Source: Trichodelitschia bisporula
Taxonomy: Eukaryota
Reading direction: 5' to 3'
Assembly (NCBI GenBank): GCA_010356995.1
Contig: ML996709.1
Coordinates: 14,606 to 78,605, forward strand
DNA length: 64,000 nucleotides
Under the pieces are notes generated by a model. It was not told the DNA's origin. It saw nothing but the letters and a program-made list of their open reading frames with translations, and made no database searches. Position numbers and translations under genes: made by a program. Below, piece by piece: positions 13,901 to 27,116 of the stretch; position 1 is the first letter of the stretch, and each line of letters starts with the position of its first letter.

Positions 13901-16900
13901 TTTTTCACTTTCGCGCCTCGAATCGAGAGGTTAGCCTTGGTTAATGATCAGGCAGGAAGGAAAAAAAGGCGTGGACAATGTAGACAGCGGACGGTGTGGA
14001 CAACGGATGTTGTTGTCGCATTGGCGCGCAGCGTGTCGTTGGCCTGAGAGCAATTGGGCATCAGGCCGAGTCGCCGCGTTTGAGATCTGCCGTACAGCGA
14101 CGCCAAAAAAAGCCCCGTCAGTTAGCCTCCGTCCCGGACCGCCTTCTTTTGGCCTTCCAGATGCCGCCCGCCGGATCCGCGATTCATGGGCCTCATGGCT
14201 CTGTGCAGCTTGCCCTGCCGGCCCTGCCCTTGCCCAGTCCGCCCGCCGTGACAAGCCCCACCAAAGGCCATCCGCCGCCTTATCACCGTGGACACTTCCG
14301 AGTAGTTGCTCAAGTAGCGCGGGAGTAGCGACATGTGCTGCCGGAAGATAATCCCCTCAGGAAATACCTTCGGATGGTATGATCTACAGTCCACCTAACT
14401 CTGCAGTCTTTTTGTCTTGGAAAGATGCACCGGTGCGAGTAGAGGAGAGACATGAGCCGTGCCAACCGCGACGGAGAACGACATCTAAACTGCGGGGTCG
14501 GCTCGAAGTGTCCGCAATCCGACCCATCAATCGCCGCTACGTGGACCGCAAACCCCCACCGTCGGACCGCTATCTCCTCCATCATCGTCGCCCCGTTGGT
14601 GCGTTTGGCATGAAGTGCGCCCCAAAAAGCTGCCCTCCATCTCCACCACTGACCGACAGTTACTACTATCCTCCTCCACCTGTCGCTCTTGCGTCCGTGC
14701 CATGCGCCGGCCGTCGAACGGGCGAGTTGAGTCGAGCCGCTTTCCCAGAGTCTCGGATAGAGAGCTCATTCTTGAGATGCCGGAGGACGGTTTCGAAATG
14801 TCGGCCCAGAGCGAAGGCGCGACAGGCTGATTCGCGGTGCTATCAATTTACCTTTTTTTTTTCTGCTAACCCTTTACGCCGACAACGGGCAACACTTGCA
14901 ATTGCGACTGCCGTGCAAGAGAATTGGCGACATGATGAGCATCAGTATCATGATTACTGGCATCGCCTCAGCATCACCAACCGACATAAGCAGCATGGCG
15001 ACACGCAGCGCAGCGCACCGTCCAAATGCAGGCTCCAGAAGCTTCCCTGCAATCTTCAATCCGCACTCCCGCATCCCCTAGTCTGTTTTGATGCTTGCTG
15101 TCAGGTACCATCTCAATCGCTCCGCGTGCGGCGCCCACACCAAGAGCCTTGCCCACCCCTCCTTCGGACGGGAAGCAGGGATAAGGAAGCCGCGGGCGGG
15201 GGGGACGTTGCAGGGAAGCTGGCGGCAGCAGCAGGAAAGCAACAGCCAGCAACAGCAACCGCAGCAACAACCAAAGCCACCATCAACGACCACCACCAAG
15301 CAACGCACCAGCCACGGCGTTGCTTTGGCGTCCTTCTTTTCGTTCTCGTACAGATACCATATGTACTTGCACGCTTTTACATCAAAGCTTCCGAAATGAT
15401 CTTCTGCCTGACGCGTTTTGTGCCGACCAACTGTGTCACTTCCACCAACCCCTCACCTCCCGCTCCGTCGGTACCGAGACCTGTCGCAAATTTTCTTCTC
15501 GAAGCCCAAGCTGCTGAGTCCTTGAGCTCTTAGAGTCCTTGGAACAGTAAGCAGTACTCCGTAGGCTAAACCATCAATGTGGAGGCTTGCACATCCACCT
15601 CCGTATATTTGCAGGCCTCCTGTGCTCACTTGCATCGCCTTACCGTGTGGTTCCAGTTGTCAAGTGAGAGCCACCCCGCACTGACCGCGATCCTTCAGTA
15701 CTTCATGCAGTAACTGACTCCTCGTCGCGACAATGGACCGCTGTTGCGCGTGCTATCACATGCGTAAGACTGGTTAGCTCTCACACTACCAGTTGTAGTT
15801 TGATGCTTCAACATTTGGGCTTCGGCTGGTGCATGCCGTGGTGGAAATGCACGCGTGACTGGCACATCCTCACGGTTCACCGACCACGGCATTTCCGACT
15901 GCTGCGGGTATACTCCGGGATGTTTACACGTGGGAGAAATGTGCTGTGATACCGCCCCTCCAAGAGCTATACCCGGAACTGGCCCTTGGACGACAATGCT
16001 TCTTGTGCGATCGAATCGATCAATTCTCAGTCCGTTTCACGCAATTGACAGTTCTCGACCTTCGGGTGCCGGTCGCACAGCGATAATTAGGCCGCACGGG
16101 ATATTTGTCCATTGCGTCCGCCTTGACTAGAGCTGCCTCCGTCTCTGCGAGCGGGCATGTCTCCGCGCATCTCTCCTGCGCGGGGCCACTTGGCACTGAT
16201 GAGCTGAGAGTCATGTCCACACTGTTCCTGGCGGGCCCCACGCAGGTCTGAGGCGGGCGTTTCAACGACACGCGGACAGTGTGCCGCATGCATCGAGGCA
16301 CCTGCGGCCGTTTCAACCAGCTCTCCTCTGAAGGCACTCTGCAGCCGTCGATTGGTTAACTTTGACCCCTCACCATGCCTCAGGCCTCAATGGGTAATCG
16401 ATGAGGTCATAGCATACCCGACGTGACAACGAAACCATACAGTATGTACCGACTCAGAGCTGAGTACTACCGTCTCTGCTCTTCAAAGCCAACATTGAGC
16501 ACCCCGGAGCCTCCATAAAGTTAGGGGCCCTTCTTTCTATATTTTCATTGACGTCATCCGTCAAAATCAGTCCAACGGAGTGCGCATTCCGCGCCTGGAC
16601 CGGTTAATGCGTCATGAATCAGTTCGCGTTGTACTTCACCAAGCTCGGATTCTGTTTCAAACGCCACCGTTCATGGGGTCCACTGAGCTCCGATGTGCTT
16701 GCGGCTCTTTCTTGGATGCGGCGCATCGTCGACTTCTCTTGCAGCACAAGCGCGTTCCTTCCAGCTTCTAGTGCGCAGCCGGAAATTGAGCCAGCACCGT
16801 TTTGACCATGTTTCCTTTTTGAACGTCTAGCCAAGCAGCCGAGCGCCTTGCGGGGCGTTTAAGGCTGCAAGACGAAGCCGCGATATATTAGATCACCAAG

Positions 16901-18143
16901 CACCCCTGCGCGTGGCTTACGGTGCCCACGACTCCGGCGGATGCGCGGGAAATTGCGCCCTTTCTAGAATGTTTCAAGTCTTTCGAGAAACCTGCCCCAT
17001 GCGTCGGGCTGAGGTGATTTTGAGTTCGGGTCATCTTTCTCAGTCCCATCCTCAATCTCATTGCCGCTTTGAGTTAGTGACTCTCCAGCCTCACCCTCCT
17101 TCCCGCTAAGGTGGATGGGCGGGGTAAGGTCGTGCTCGTTTATGGCCTTTCCGTCTCGTCACCTCGTGGCATTGCCAGCATACTCGTTGCTCCCTCGCCT
17201 GGACGTAGATTGACTGATCCAGCAACCAAGGAGAGTCGAGGAAGCAATCGGCTCAACCTACCCTATCGGATTCTTGTCTTAAAGGGGCCACGCAGCCGCG
17301 CCGGTCTGACCCTAACTCTGTACAGATAGGAGTCCGGCATCGGCCCAGGGCATCAAGCTTATGGACTCGTTCGAAACAGCGTCCGCTTCGGGATGTTTTC
17401 TTTGCACACGCCTTACGCACCTACCAGCGAACCTACGGCCTCTACATCGCACGGTCCCGCCAGCGCGCCCAGTGTCTCTCGCTCTATCCTCCCCCATTTG
17501 TGCAGCGTGGTCGCGAGAATTGCTCCGCCAGGCTTGGGCGTCAGAAGTAGAGGCATAGAGCGGCGGCTGTCGCGCCTCAAAGGGTCGACCGACGGAGGGT
17601 CTATGATGCCGACGTCGCGCACTAGATCTCATACCAATGGCGTTATATGGCAAGCGCACGCGTGCTGTCCAGCTTTGTCGATGGTGCAACCAAATATACT
17701 TCACAGTACAGCATCCAATCCGGCCGATATGTCTTTTCATTGGCTGCCTTAGGGGGAATCCCGACTAGGATTTGCTCGCGCAGGGTAGGCTTGATATCTG
17801 AGTGCCCCGGAGCCTCGGTTCGTCCACAGGTTGAATCCTTGATTGCAAATGCGACTTCTCCGCCGCCCTGGTCCCTCCTCATGCCCTGCGGTGCAAGCCG
17901 AAAATGTTCGAACGTGGACGACAAATGTGAAATGAGGATTTTGCTATTGGTCCTACTGCTGGAGATCCGGAAATTTTGACCATATCCGTCCTACCTAGCT
18001 GCCCAAACGGACCAAACGCCATGCATGCATACAAGCCGAAAATTCTGGAGCGAAAAGGCGTGCAAAATATATTGCTCCTCGGATTGCAGTAGCGAAGCGC
18101 AGCTGTGAACGCTGAATGTCCCATTTTGCTGACCGGAAACAAT

Positions 18144-19279
18144 TTAACGCTTGACCCACGTGGGCATCTTTCTTGCCTTGAGGTGTCCGGGCTTCTTGCG
18201 CTCGACTTTCCGAGGATCCCTGGTAATACAACCAGCTGTATTGGGCTCGTCAGCATGTTGATCTTATCATGTGAATTATAAAGAATGGTGCAAGGCAATA
18301 TGGCGACCCGAAGGAATGGGCCCTTGCCGGAAAGACGGGCACGACATCCGGCGCATCTGCAGCGCGGAGCGGATGCGACAGGCGAGCTCGACAGGATGTA
18401 AAAGATGAGCTTACCTCTGCGAAGTGCCGGCTTCAATCCCGGCTCGTGAATCAGCAGCGCTTTCGCAACAGCCAGCGTCAGCGCCTCCGCCTGGCCCGTG
18501 ACGCCGCCGCCGCGCACAAGGGCGAAGACGTTGTACTTGTCCAGCCGCTGCGTCGCCTTCAGCGCCCAAACGGCGCTCTCGCGGTCATGCAACCGTCCAA
18601 AGTACTGCGCCAACGAGCCCCCGTTAACCAGCACCTCGCCCTCGCCCTCCACAAGCCATGCCCGCGCCGTTGATGTCTTGCGGCGACCCAGACCCATGGC
18701 GCGTCCCCACTCGTCAACGGGCTTAGGCTTAGCGACGTTGGCGAAAGGGTTGATCTCGCGCTTATAGCGCTCCATCGCGTCCTTGACCTCCTGTGGCATC
18801 AATGACGGGTGGATGTGGTTCAGGCGGTGAAGGATGGCGACGAGTCGCTGATATTTGGATGCTTTGATGGGTTCGGACCCGAGAAAGCTCTTGTACGATT
18901 CGAACGTTCTCCATGCTATCCGCGGGGCGTGTCCGGTCTCTACGACGGGGAGGGTCTGGTATTTGCGGAGGAGCGCTTGGAGGGCGAGAAGATCGTCTGT
19001 GAAGGCGGGCTTGCCGCTGAAGTAGGAGGGGGATGCGGGGACGACTCGGATGCGTTTGAGGATAGGTATGTTGTTCTCGGCGCTGAGATTGATCTCGGGA
19101 GCTGCTGTAAAGGGTTCTTGCCGGTGTGAGGTGGACGTGGAGAAGGCCTTCGACGGGCGACTTGTGCGATGGGAGCTTGCGACGCATGAACGCTGTTGCC
19201 ATGTGGGGGGAGCTCGGAGAGAGTGCAGCGCCCGTCGGAGGCCGTAACGGAGTTCAACTCCCATGGTTGGACTCGCCAT
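18144..19279 (-). CDS. MRPS9: Mitochondrial 37S ribosomal protein S9 (uS9m)
   Basis: [12 protein letters not shown] and [10 protein letters not shown] motifs; after the intron (about 18236-18414), [26 protein letters not shown]. Basic presequence. Confidence 0.93.
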
Positions 19280-19521
19280 CGGAGCTCAATGGGAGCACTG
19301 CGCGTTGGTATGCTGAATAGTGAGCGTTGGATCTGTGAAGATGCACTTTAGCATCAGATTTGACTCGATCATATCACGTGATGTTGGTGGCGGTACTTTT
19401 CCTGGGCCGAAGGTTTTTCCGACACGGCCAGTTGGTGTACAAAACTTTGCGTTCTGCTTTTCCTCCTTGACTCAAACCTACCCCTCACCTCCCCACCTCT
19501 TCTCAGAACATCGCCTCCACC

Positions 19522-21048
19522 ATGTCTTTCGGCAAGCTCTACAGTTTCCCTGTGCGTTCAAGGCATTGCTTGGTGCAAACTTGAATCGCTAATTTTTTTT
19601 CCAGACCAACGCGCGCACCGTGCCGCTCCTGGCCGTCGCGAAGGCCAACAAGCTCGACGTTGAGATCGTCCAAACCGAGCCTCAGAAGGGCGTGTCGGAG
19701 GAGTACCTCAAGCTGAATCCGCTTGGCAAGATCCCTACCTTCGTCGGAGCTGATGGCTATACCCTCTCTGAGACCATCGCCATCGCCATCTACTGTAAGC
19801 AGCCCCTTTTCGCAACTACAGTTACTATGATGAGAAAATTTTTCAGTTATCCCTGTCTGAAGATTGCTTGCAATCTACCTGTTGAGGATTATTCACACTC
19901 TGACTTTGTCCTTCAAATCTGCTTTTATGAAGTTGCTAGCTGTGCATCAGCTGACAATCCACAGTCACGTCTCAGAACGAGAAGACCACGCTTCTCGGCA
20001 AGACCAAGCAGGACTATGCTGCCATTCTGAGGTGGATGTCCTTCGCCAACAGCGAGGTTCTCCCTACTCTCGCTGGCTGGTTCCGTCCCCTCATCGGCCG
20101 CGACCCCTACAACAAGAAGAATGTTGAGGATTCTCAGAAGGCAGCGCTCAAGGCTGTGTCGGTGCTTGAGTCTCACCTGCTCCACAACACTTACCTTGTT
20201 GGTGACCGTCTGACGCTGGCGGACATCTTCGCCGTGAGCCTCATCTCTCGCGGTTTCGAGTTCGTCCTCGACCGCCAGTGGCGCGAGGCGAACCCCAACG
20301 TCACTCGGTGGTATGAGACTGTCTACAACCAGCCTATCTACTCTGAGGTTGCCCCCAAGATCTCTCTGGTTGAGGAGGCCATCAAGTACGTCCCTCAGAA
20401 GAAGGAAGCTGCGCCCAAGAAGGAGCAGCCGAAGAAGGAGGCCAAAAAGGAGACCCCCAAACCGAAGCCTGCTGAGGAGGAGGAAGAGGAGGCTGCTCCC
20501 GCTCCGAAGGCCAAGCACCCGCTTGAGGAGCTTGGCCGCCCCACCTTTGTGCTCGACGAGTGGAAACGCCAGTACTCCAACGAGGACACCCGCTCCGTGG
20601 CTCTGCCGTGGTTCTGGAAGAACGTGAACTTCGATGAGTACTCTCTGTGGCAGGTCGATTACAAGTACAACGACGAGTTGACGCTTGTCTTCATGACCTC
20701 CAACCTCATTGGTGAGTTTTGCCCGCCCCGGCATGTCGAGCAGATGTGCTAACGCGTTTAGGCGGCTTCTTTGCCCGTCTTGAGGCTAGCCGCAAGTACC
20801 TCTTCGGCGCTGCGTCGGTCTACGGCCAGTCCAACGACTCCATCATCCGTGGAGCGTTCCTCGTCCGCGGCCAGGATGCTCTGCCGGCGTTCGATGTGGC
20901 TCCGGACTACGAGAGCTACTCGTTCACCAAGCTGGACCCCACCAAGGAGGAGGACCGTACCTTCGTCGAGGACCAATGGTCGTGGGACAAGCCGATCGTG
21001 GTCGACGGCAAGACCTACGAGTGGGCTGACGGCAAGGTGTTCAAGTAG
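19522..21048 (+). CDS. TEF4: Translation elongation factor 1-gamma (eEF1Bgamma)
   Basis: GST-like N-terminus (LNPLGKIPTFVGADG); KHPLEELGRPTFVLDEWKRQYSN; C-terminal WADGKVFK. Three introns. Confidence 0.95.
19822..19908 (+). ncRNA. snR38: Intronic box C/D snoRNA, snR38-type (guide for a 25S/28S rRNA Gm)
   Basis: Inside intron 19795-19964: box C ATGATGA 19827-19833; guide GTTATCCCTGT 19846-19856 (antisense to LSU rRNA ACAGGGATAAC); D' CTGA 19857-19860; C'-like TTGAGGA 19882-19888; D CTGA 19900-19903. Yeast snR38 lies in the TEF4 intron. Confidence 0.88.
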
Positions 21049-22443
21049 ACACCCCGCTGTGACCTTTTCCTTTATCTCTGGATCACGATGAAATGGGGTT
21101 GGGGGGCGGTGTAACGAATGGAATTAACGGTTTATGACGGGAATAACATGTGTCTGGGTCTGAGGACTGGAAACAGACGGTGATGGGGTGAAGATCCTGG
21201 ACTCGGGCTGCTAAGACATGGATATTCCCCACATGCTGAATGCAAAAACCGACGTTCCAGAGACCTAAAAGAGACCTCGCTGTGCCAATACGGTATGCTT
21301 TGCGCGTGCTACGCTGTATCATGCCATGCAGTTGTCTGGTTGATGATGTCTGATGTGAGTGGTTGGGTGATGTCGGCTTACTGTATTTCCTTTTTCCTTC
21401 TGCATTCCTTCTCGAAGCCGCCTCGAACGAAGCCTCGGGAAGGCTGGACCCCACCAGGCTCCAGGCAGGCTCGGCGGCGAGGCGGGAGAGGCACGCGGCA
21501 ACGCCCGTTGAGGGCTGAAAGGGCGAATGGCTTTGTTCGGAGGTTTTGATTCGGGGAGATGATGCTTGTCTCGATGTGCCTTTTTGGGTGTGTGAGCGGG
21601 GGAGGTTATGCCCTTGCGTCCTTGCACCATGCAGCTGTAGCAACGACGATAAACCACTGGTCCATCACCCCGCACACACGCACATAATCTCTCTCTCTTT
21701 GCAGCCTGCAACGAGGATCTCACCAGCTCACCTCGCCCTCCCCAAGGCAGAAGAGCTGGACGGCGCAGGAGACAGAACAGTGCAGCAGACTAGTTCTGAA
21801 GACGCAGAGCAGCCAGCAGCACAGCAGTTGACAGGATCAGGCCAACAAGTCCATCTTGGCGAGGCGCCTCTATTTGTTCGAGTCTCGGGATCAAGAAAAC
21901 GCCTCTTTTCTGCGCGCTCACTGAATCTCTCTCTCGCAACTCGCTCTCATAGTGATTTGGCATCGCCTTTAAGCTTTTTGTTCCTTTTCTCCCACCTTTC
22001 CTTGGGTATACTGGCACGACCCGTCGACTTTGTATAACTTTGACGACTTGAGACAACGCTCCTTTCCCCGCACTCCCGCACCACCTCAATTACCCTTCTA
22101 CCGTAAAACACCCACCCCACTCCCCCCAATCCCCGCCAACACGGTCACAACTCCCACCCTTCCTGCCGCAACTCCCGACAACACCATATCGCCACTGGTG
22201 CGAGAGATCCTAGCCCTCGATCCATGGTCGCGTGCCGATGCTTGCGTCGATAGATAAACACAGAACATATCCGCCGTCCATTTGAACCTAAACACCCTCG
22301 CTGTCGCTGAACATCAAAAGCTCACATCAGCCCGCCCTACGGTGGACCTTCTGGAAAACGCGTCTCCCCACCACCACTGGCCGCAGCAACGCCCGCACGG
22401 ATACCTGCGTATAATCCTACTCAATCAGTGCCCAAACCCGAGT

Positions 22444-22467
22444 ACACACACACACACACACACACAC
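22444..22467. repeat. (AC)12 microsatellite
   Basis: Read directly, upstream of PDE1. Confidence 0.9.
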
Positions 22468-22978
22468 CATAATACACACTACGCACAGCAGCAAGAACCA
22501 TTGTTCCCTAAAACCGTCCATCAACCCGCTCGCCTAGCCACCGGTCGTTCCGCATCATTTCCAGCACCCGCACAAACATTACTGACAGACTCGGCAAGAC
22601 TACGCGACACATACCCAGCAAGCTCAAGTTAGAAACTCCACAACAGTTCGGGTATTTGCATATCCTTCTTTCCGTGTCCTCCGTCGGCCTGGTTGTCTGC
22701 ATTCCCCGCACTCTCCCGTCGCAGGTTCCGCTACGGATTCCGTCGCCAGCTCGCAGCTCTCGGCTGTTGTTTTCATCAGCAGCTATCCATAGTCCCCCCC
22801 CCCCGCACGCCCTGCGGCCCGCTCCGGGACAAGGCGTAAAGGACACGAGGACTTGTGAGACAAATCCACACCAGAGCGAGGAACGATAATTGCGCCACGC
22901 TTGCCTGCGTCTGACACTCTTTATCCTCCTCCTCCGAAACCCCCAGTTCGCTGCAGCTCACGCAGGCTGGATGCGCCG

Positions 22979-24995
22979 ATGAGAGACATCCATGGCCTCC
23001 CCGTGCCCATGGGTCAACATCACCACACTTCCAGGAGAACCAGTAGTGATCACAATGCTATTCAAGTCATTTGTCTAGTAAGTGTCAATATTTCCTGACA
23101 TTCTTGACCCGCGCTTTCTACGTCCCCGGACGCATCCTCTCCACTCGCTGCCTCTAACCGGCGGCCACCCCTCTTCACCGCCTTTCCACATTCCCAGGCA
23201 AACTGACATTCTTCAGGGCTCCGGTGGCGGTCCGAGTGAAGACAACGTTACGGGCTTTCTGGTGCGCTCCACAGCTTCCAAATGGGCCAAGGGCTCGCTC
23301 CTTGCCGTAGATGCTGGCTCCCATCTGGCTGCCATAACGCGCATCTTGGAACGTGACTTTCCCCTCGTCGCTGCGGCACGCCCTCGACGAAGCAATGCCA
23401 TTCCTGTGCATGTACGCTCACCGACACCGCCAAACGGCACTGCGAGCAACAATGGCGCCGGGACCAGTGGAACCGGTTCTGAGTTTGACGCCAACAGTAT
23501 TAGTACCTCTTCCCGCTCGACGTCGCCAGGGATGGAAGAAGAACCGCCGAGTACTACGCTCCAAGAAGGTCCGTTTGCCGGCCTTTCCTTTCCCTACGCA
23601 TCGGCGAGGGCAAATGCGGTGCACGTTGTTCGAGAGCACGTAGCCACCTATTTAATAACGCATCCGCATCTCGATCACCTTGCGGGTTTTGCCATCAACA
23701 CGGCTGCGTTTCATAACACCTCGCGCCCAAAGCGTCTTGCGGCTCTCCCATTCACCGTTAATGCCATCAAGTCCCACATTTTTAACGACGTCATCTGGCC
23801 GAACTTGACTGATGAAGACAACGGTGTCGGCTTTGTCACCTTCCAGCGTCTGACCGAAGGAGGGAATCTTGCCCTTGGTGATGGCCACTCTCGTGGCTTC
23901 ATCGAAGTTTGTGACGGTCTTGAAGTCAAGGGCTTCCGCATATCGCACGGCCAATGTGCTTCTGCGCCGCGCCCCGATCACCAAGTCCGACGCGGGTCAA
24001 ATCCAAATATCGGTATGATGGGTGACGGAGGCTCATTTTCACTACCGCAAGCGCAAATGACACACGCCTCAACGTGGCACAATTCCCATAACCATCTGAC
24101 GACCATGTCGGCTACAGCTCCTGATGGCGGACGCCGGGCGAGCGTTTTCAGTCAGCCGAGCCAGCCAGGCACCCCAACTTTCTATGGACAGTCGGGCCCA
24201 CAGCCCGATTTCATGCAAACCTGTGTTGTCGACTCGACCGCTTTCTTCATTCGTGCGGCAGAAACGGGTATGGGCCGAGAACGTGAGATCCTTGTCTTTG
24301 GTGACGTCGAGCCGGACTCCATTTCACTCTGCCCTCGAACACGGACCGTGTGGGCTGAAGCTGCGCCGAAGATTGCACTGGGAATACTCAGGGGGTTGCT
24401 CATCGAGTGCAGCTATAATGACGACCAACCCGACGCCGTTCTTTTTGGGCATCTGGCACCCAGGCATCTGATTGCCGAGCTGCAGGTCCTTGCTGAAATG
24501 GTTGCAGAACGGAAAAAGGAGCTGGGAGAGAAGGCAGGGCGGAAACGCAAGAGAGCAAGTGTCGGAGGTGGGAGTCCTGGTGTGACTCTCGGCGCTGATG
24601 ATGGCTCGAGGTGGAAGGGGAGCCGACTGCACAGAGCGTCAGCTCCTGAGACTCACGGGGGTGATGACGTGATGGGCAATGGCGACGCGGGCACTGGCGC
24701 AGCAACTCCAAAATCTCACCACGCACACTCTGTCCAACTTCCTCTGGATCCCGATCTGGACGAGAAGGTCAATCCTTCAGAGCCCGAAAATGGGCCTCCA
24801 AGAATATATGAAGGCCCGCTCAAGGGGGTCCGGGTTGTGGTGATCCACGTCAAAGATACGATGACAGACGGTCCGCCCGTCGGTGAGAGCATTTTGCAGG
24901 AGCTTTGGGCGCATGAGACGAGGCTTGCTTTGCAAGGGAAGGCGCTTGGGTGTTCTTTCGAGATCAGCTTCAGCGGCGCAAGCTTCCTGTTTTGA
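22979..24995 (+). CDS. PDE1: Class II (low-affinity) cAMP phosphodiesterase
   Basis: IQVICL|GSGGGPSEDNVTGFL; AVDAGS; ITHPHLDH metallo-beta-lactamase motif; IFNDVIWPNL; FGDVEPDS; IECSY; LFGHL; VIHVKD. Confidence 0.92.
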
Positions 24996-25103
24996 GGCTG
25001 CATGGGTAGAGGGCTGGCGTTTGGCTTGCTTGCTGGACGAGGGCTGAGGAGTTGATTTCTTTCTCTTTTTCGGCGTTACGTTTCGATCTAGGCGGTGTAT
25101 GTC

Positions 25104-25118
25104 NNNNNNNNNNNNNNN
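25104..25118. other. Assembly gap (15 N)
   Basis: Run of Ns. Confidence 1.
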
Positions 25119-25460
25119 GGGGACAGGCAAATTGGGTGGTGAGGTCTGGTTTTGGGTCGGTATGGGTGCTTGGGGATGTCATCTGAATGTTGGGCTATAT
25201 GTTGATGATGTAACAATCAGCGATTCCGTCACCAACAGTTCTTTCTTGTGCTCGCCATTGACGCTAGAACAAGTGAGGACCTTCTGGAGCTTGATAGGGC
25301 AGCTCAGAATCCGTAAACTCCGAAGAAGCGATTTCGGACTATGCATGGCCTTAACCTAAAGCTTGGCCAAATTAACTTTTGTTCAGATCTCAACAACCGC
25401 CTCTCATCCCATACCAACTCCTAACTCCTCTCCAGTTCCCAAACACACCGAAACTTCACC

Positions 25461-26622
25461 ATGGCCTCCACCGGAAACTTCGAGCTGATCTGCCTTGAGA
25501 ACCCCCTGCTGGACATTCAGGCTGTCGGGTGAGCAGAGCCTTCCCACCTACCCCGCGCTACCCCGCGCTGACCCCCACAGCAATGAAGCACTCCTCGAAA
25601 AATACGGCCTGAAGGCCAACGATGCCATCCTTGCTGAGGACAAGCACCTAGACCTCTACGAAGACCTACTGCAGAACTACGATGCGAAGCTGATCGCCGG
25701 CGGAGCGGCGCAGAACACCGCCCGTGGCGCGCAATACATCCTGCCGCCCAACTCCGCCGTCTTCATCGGCAGCGTCGGCAAGGACAAGTACTCGGAGACG
25801 CTGAAGGAGACGTGTGCCAAGGCTGGTCTGCGTGTCGAGTATCGCTACGATGACAAGCTGCCTACCGGCCGCTGCGGCGTGGTCATCACGGGCCACAACC
25901 GGAGCATGTGCACCGACCTGTCGGCGGCGAATGCGTACCAGATCGACCACCTAAAGAGCGAAGCTGTGTGGAGCCTCGTGCAGCAGGCGAAGGTGTTCTA
26001 CGTCGGCGGGTACCATCTGACGGTGTGCGTGCCGGCCATTCTCGCGTTGGCGGAGGAGGCCGCGGCATCGAACAAGATCTTCATGCTGTCCCTGTCGGCG
26101 CCGTTCATCTGCCAGTTCTTCAAGGATCCGTTGGACCAGACCGCGCCGTACTGGGACTATGTTATTGGGAATGAGACGGAGGCGTTGGCGTATGCGGAGA
26201 GCCATGGGCTTAACACCACCGATATCAAGGAGATTGCGACCGCACTCGCGAAGCTGCCGAAGAAGAACACTGCCCGTCCTCGCACGGTGATCATCACCCA
26301 GGGTACGGATCCCACTATCGTCGCCGTCCAGAAGCCGGATGGCTCGGTCGAGACGAAGGAGTACCCGGTGCACGCCATCAGCGAGAGCGAGATCAACGAC
26401 ACCAACGGCGCGGGGTGAGTCTCATGTTCACCTTCTTTCCGTTTTAGCAGACCTAACCGCATCCCCAGTGATGCCTTTGCCGGTGGCTTCGTCGCCGGTA
26501 TCGTTCAGGGCAAGAATCTGGACACAGCCGTCGACATGGGGCAATGGCTCGCGAAGCTCAGCATCAAGGAACTTGGCCCGTCGTACCCCTTCCCCAAGCA
26601 GAGCTACTCAGGGTCCGCGTAA
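25461..26622 (+). CDS. ADO1: Adenosine kinase
   Basis: CLENPLLDI, AGGAAQNTARGAQY and PTGRCGVVIT motifs; PfkB signature DTNGAG|DAFAGGF spans an intron. Confidence 0.95.
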
Positions 26623-27116
26623 GGCGGATCTCCCGCCCTCAAAAGTGATGGGAAAACATGGCGTTTGTCTCAACGAAAAATTCATGATATACCTGATATG
26701 TAGGGCATGGGCTAGGACTTGGTAGATCTTCAACGATCTGAACATGGGTGGCGTTGATATGGTTAGCTAGGGAGGCCGAGTCACGACAATACGATGAAGA
26801 TTTTCTAAGATTCACGGCCGTGCGGCGCGCATGTTGAGTACTCAGATCCAGACCGACAACATGATTCAAGGACATTACCCACGATTGTCGAGGTTTCGTA
26901 AAGACCAGATTCTCACCAGCTTCCTTTCAACATGACTGATCACATCATTCCCCAGATGCACCACCATGACGCCCAGAGACACCTCACTGTTCTCCATTAC
27001 GCCGTCGTCGTTCCAGAGTAAGTGGTGCAAGTCAGACAGGCCCTGCGCGGAAAATGCCTCCAAAGACTGCAAGCCTCAAAAAGGGGGCTTGGCCTCAAAA
27101 GGACGCCGCTGCACAC

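Noticed and set aside
14379..15533. 384-aa ORF and other ORFs in 12.9-17.9 kb
   Set aside because: Arg/Pro/Ser-rich with no recognisable domain, typical of chance ORFs in GC-rich DNA.
17305..17325. ACCCTAAC as a possible telomerase RNA template
   Set aside because: Only 8 nt, better explained as a branch site plus acceptor (CTAAC..TACAG). I could not recognise a pseudoknot or CR4/5 domain.
18236..18414. Possible structured RNA in the MRPS9 intron
   Set aside because: GC-rich hairpins are present, but I found no convincing C/D or H/ACA box arrangement or rRNA guide.
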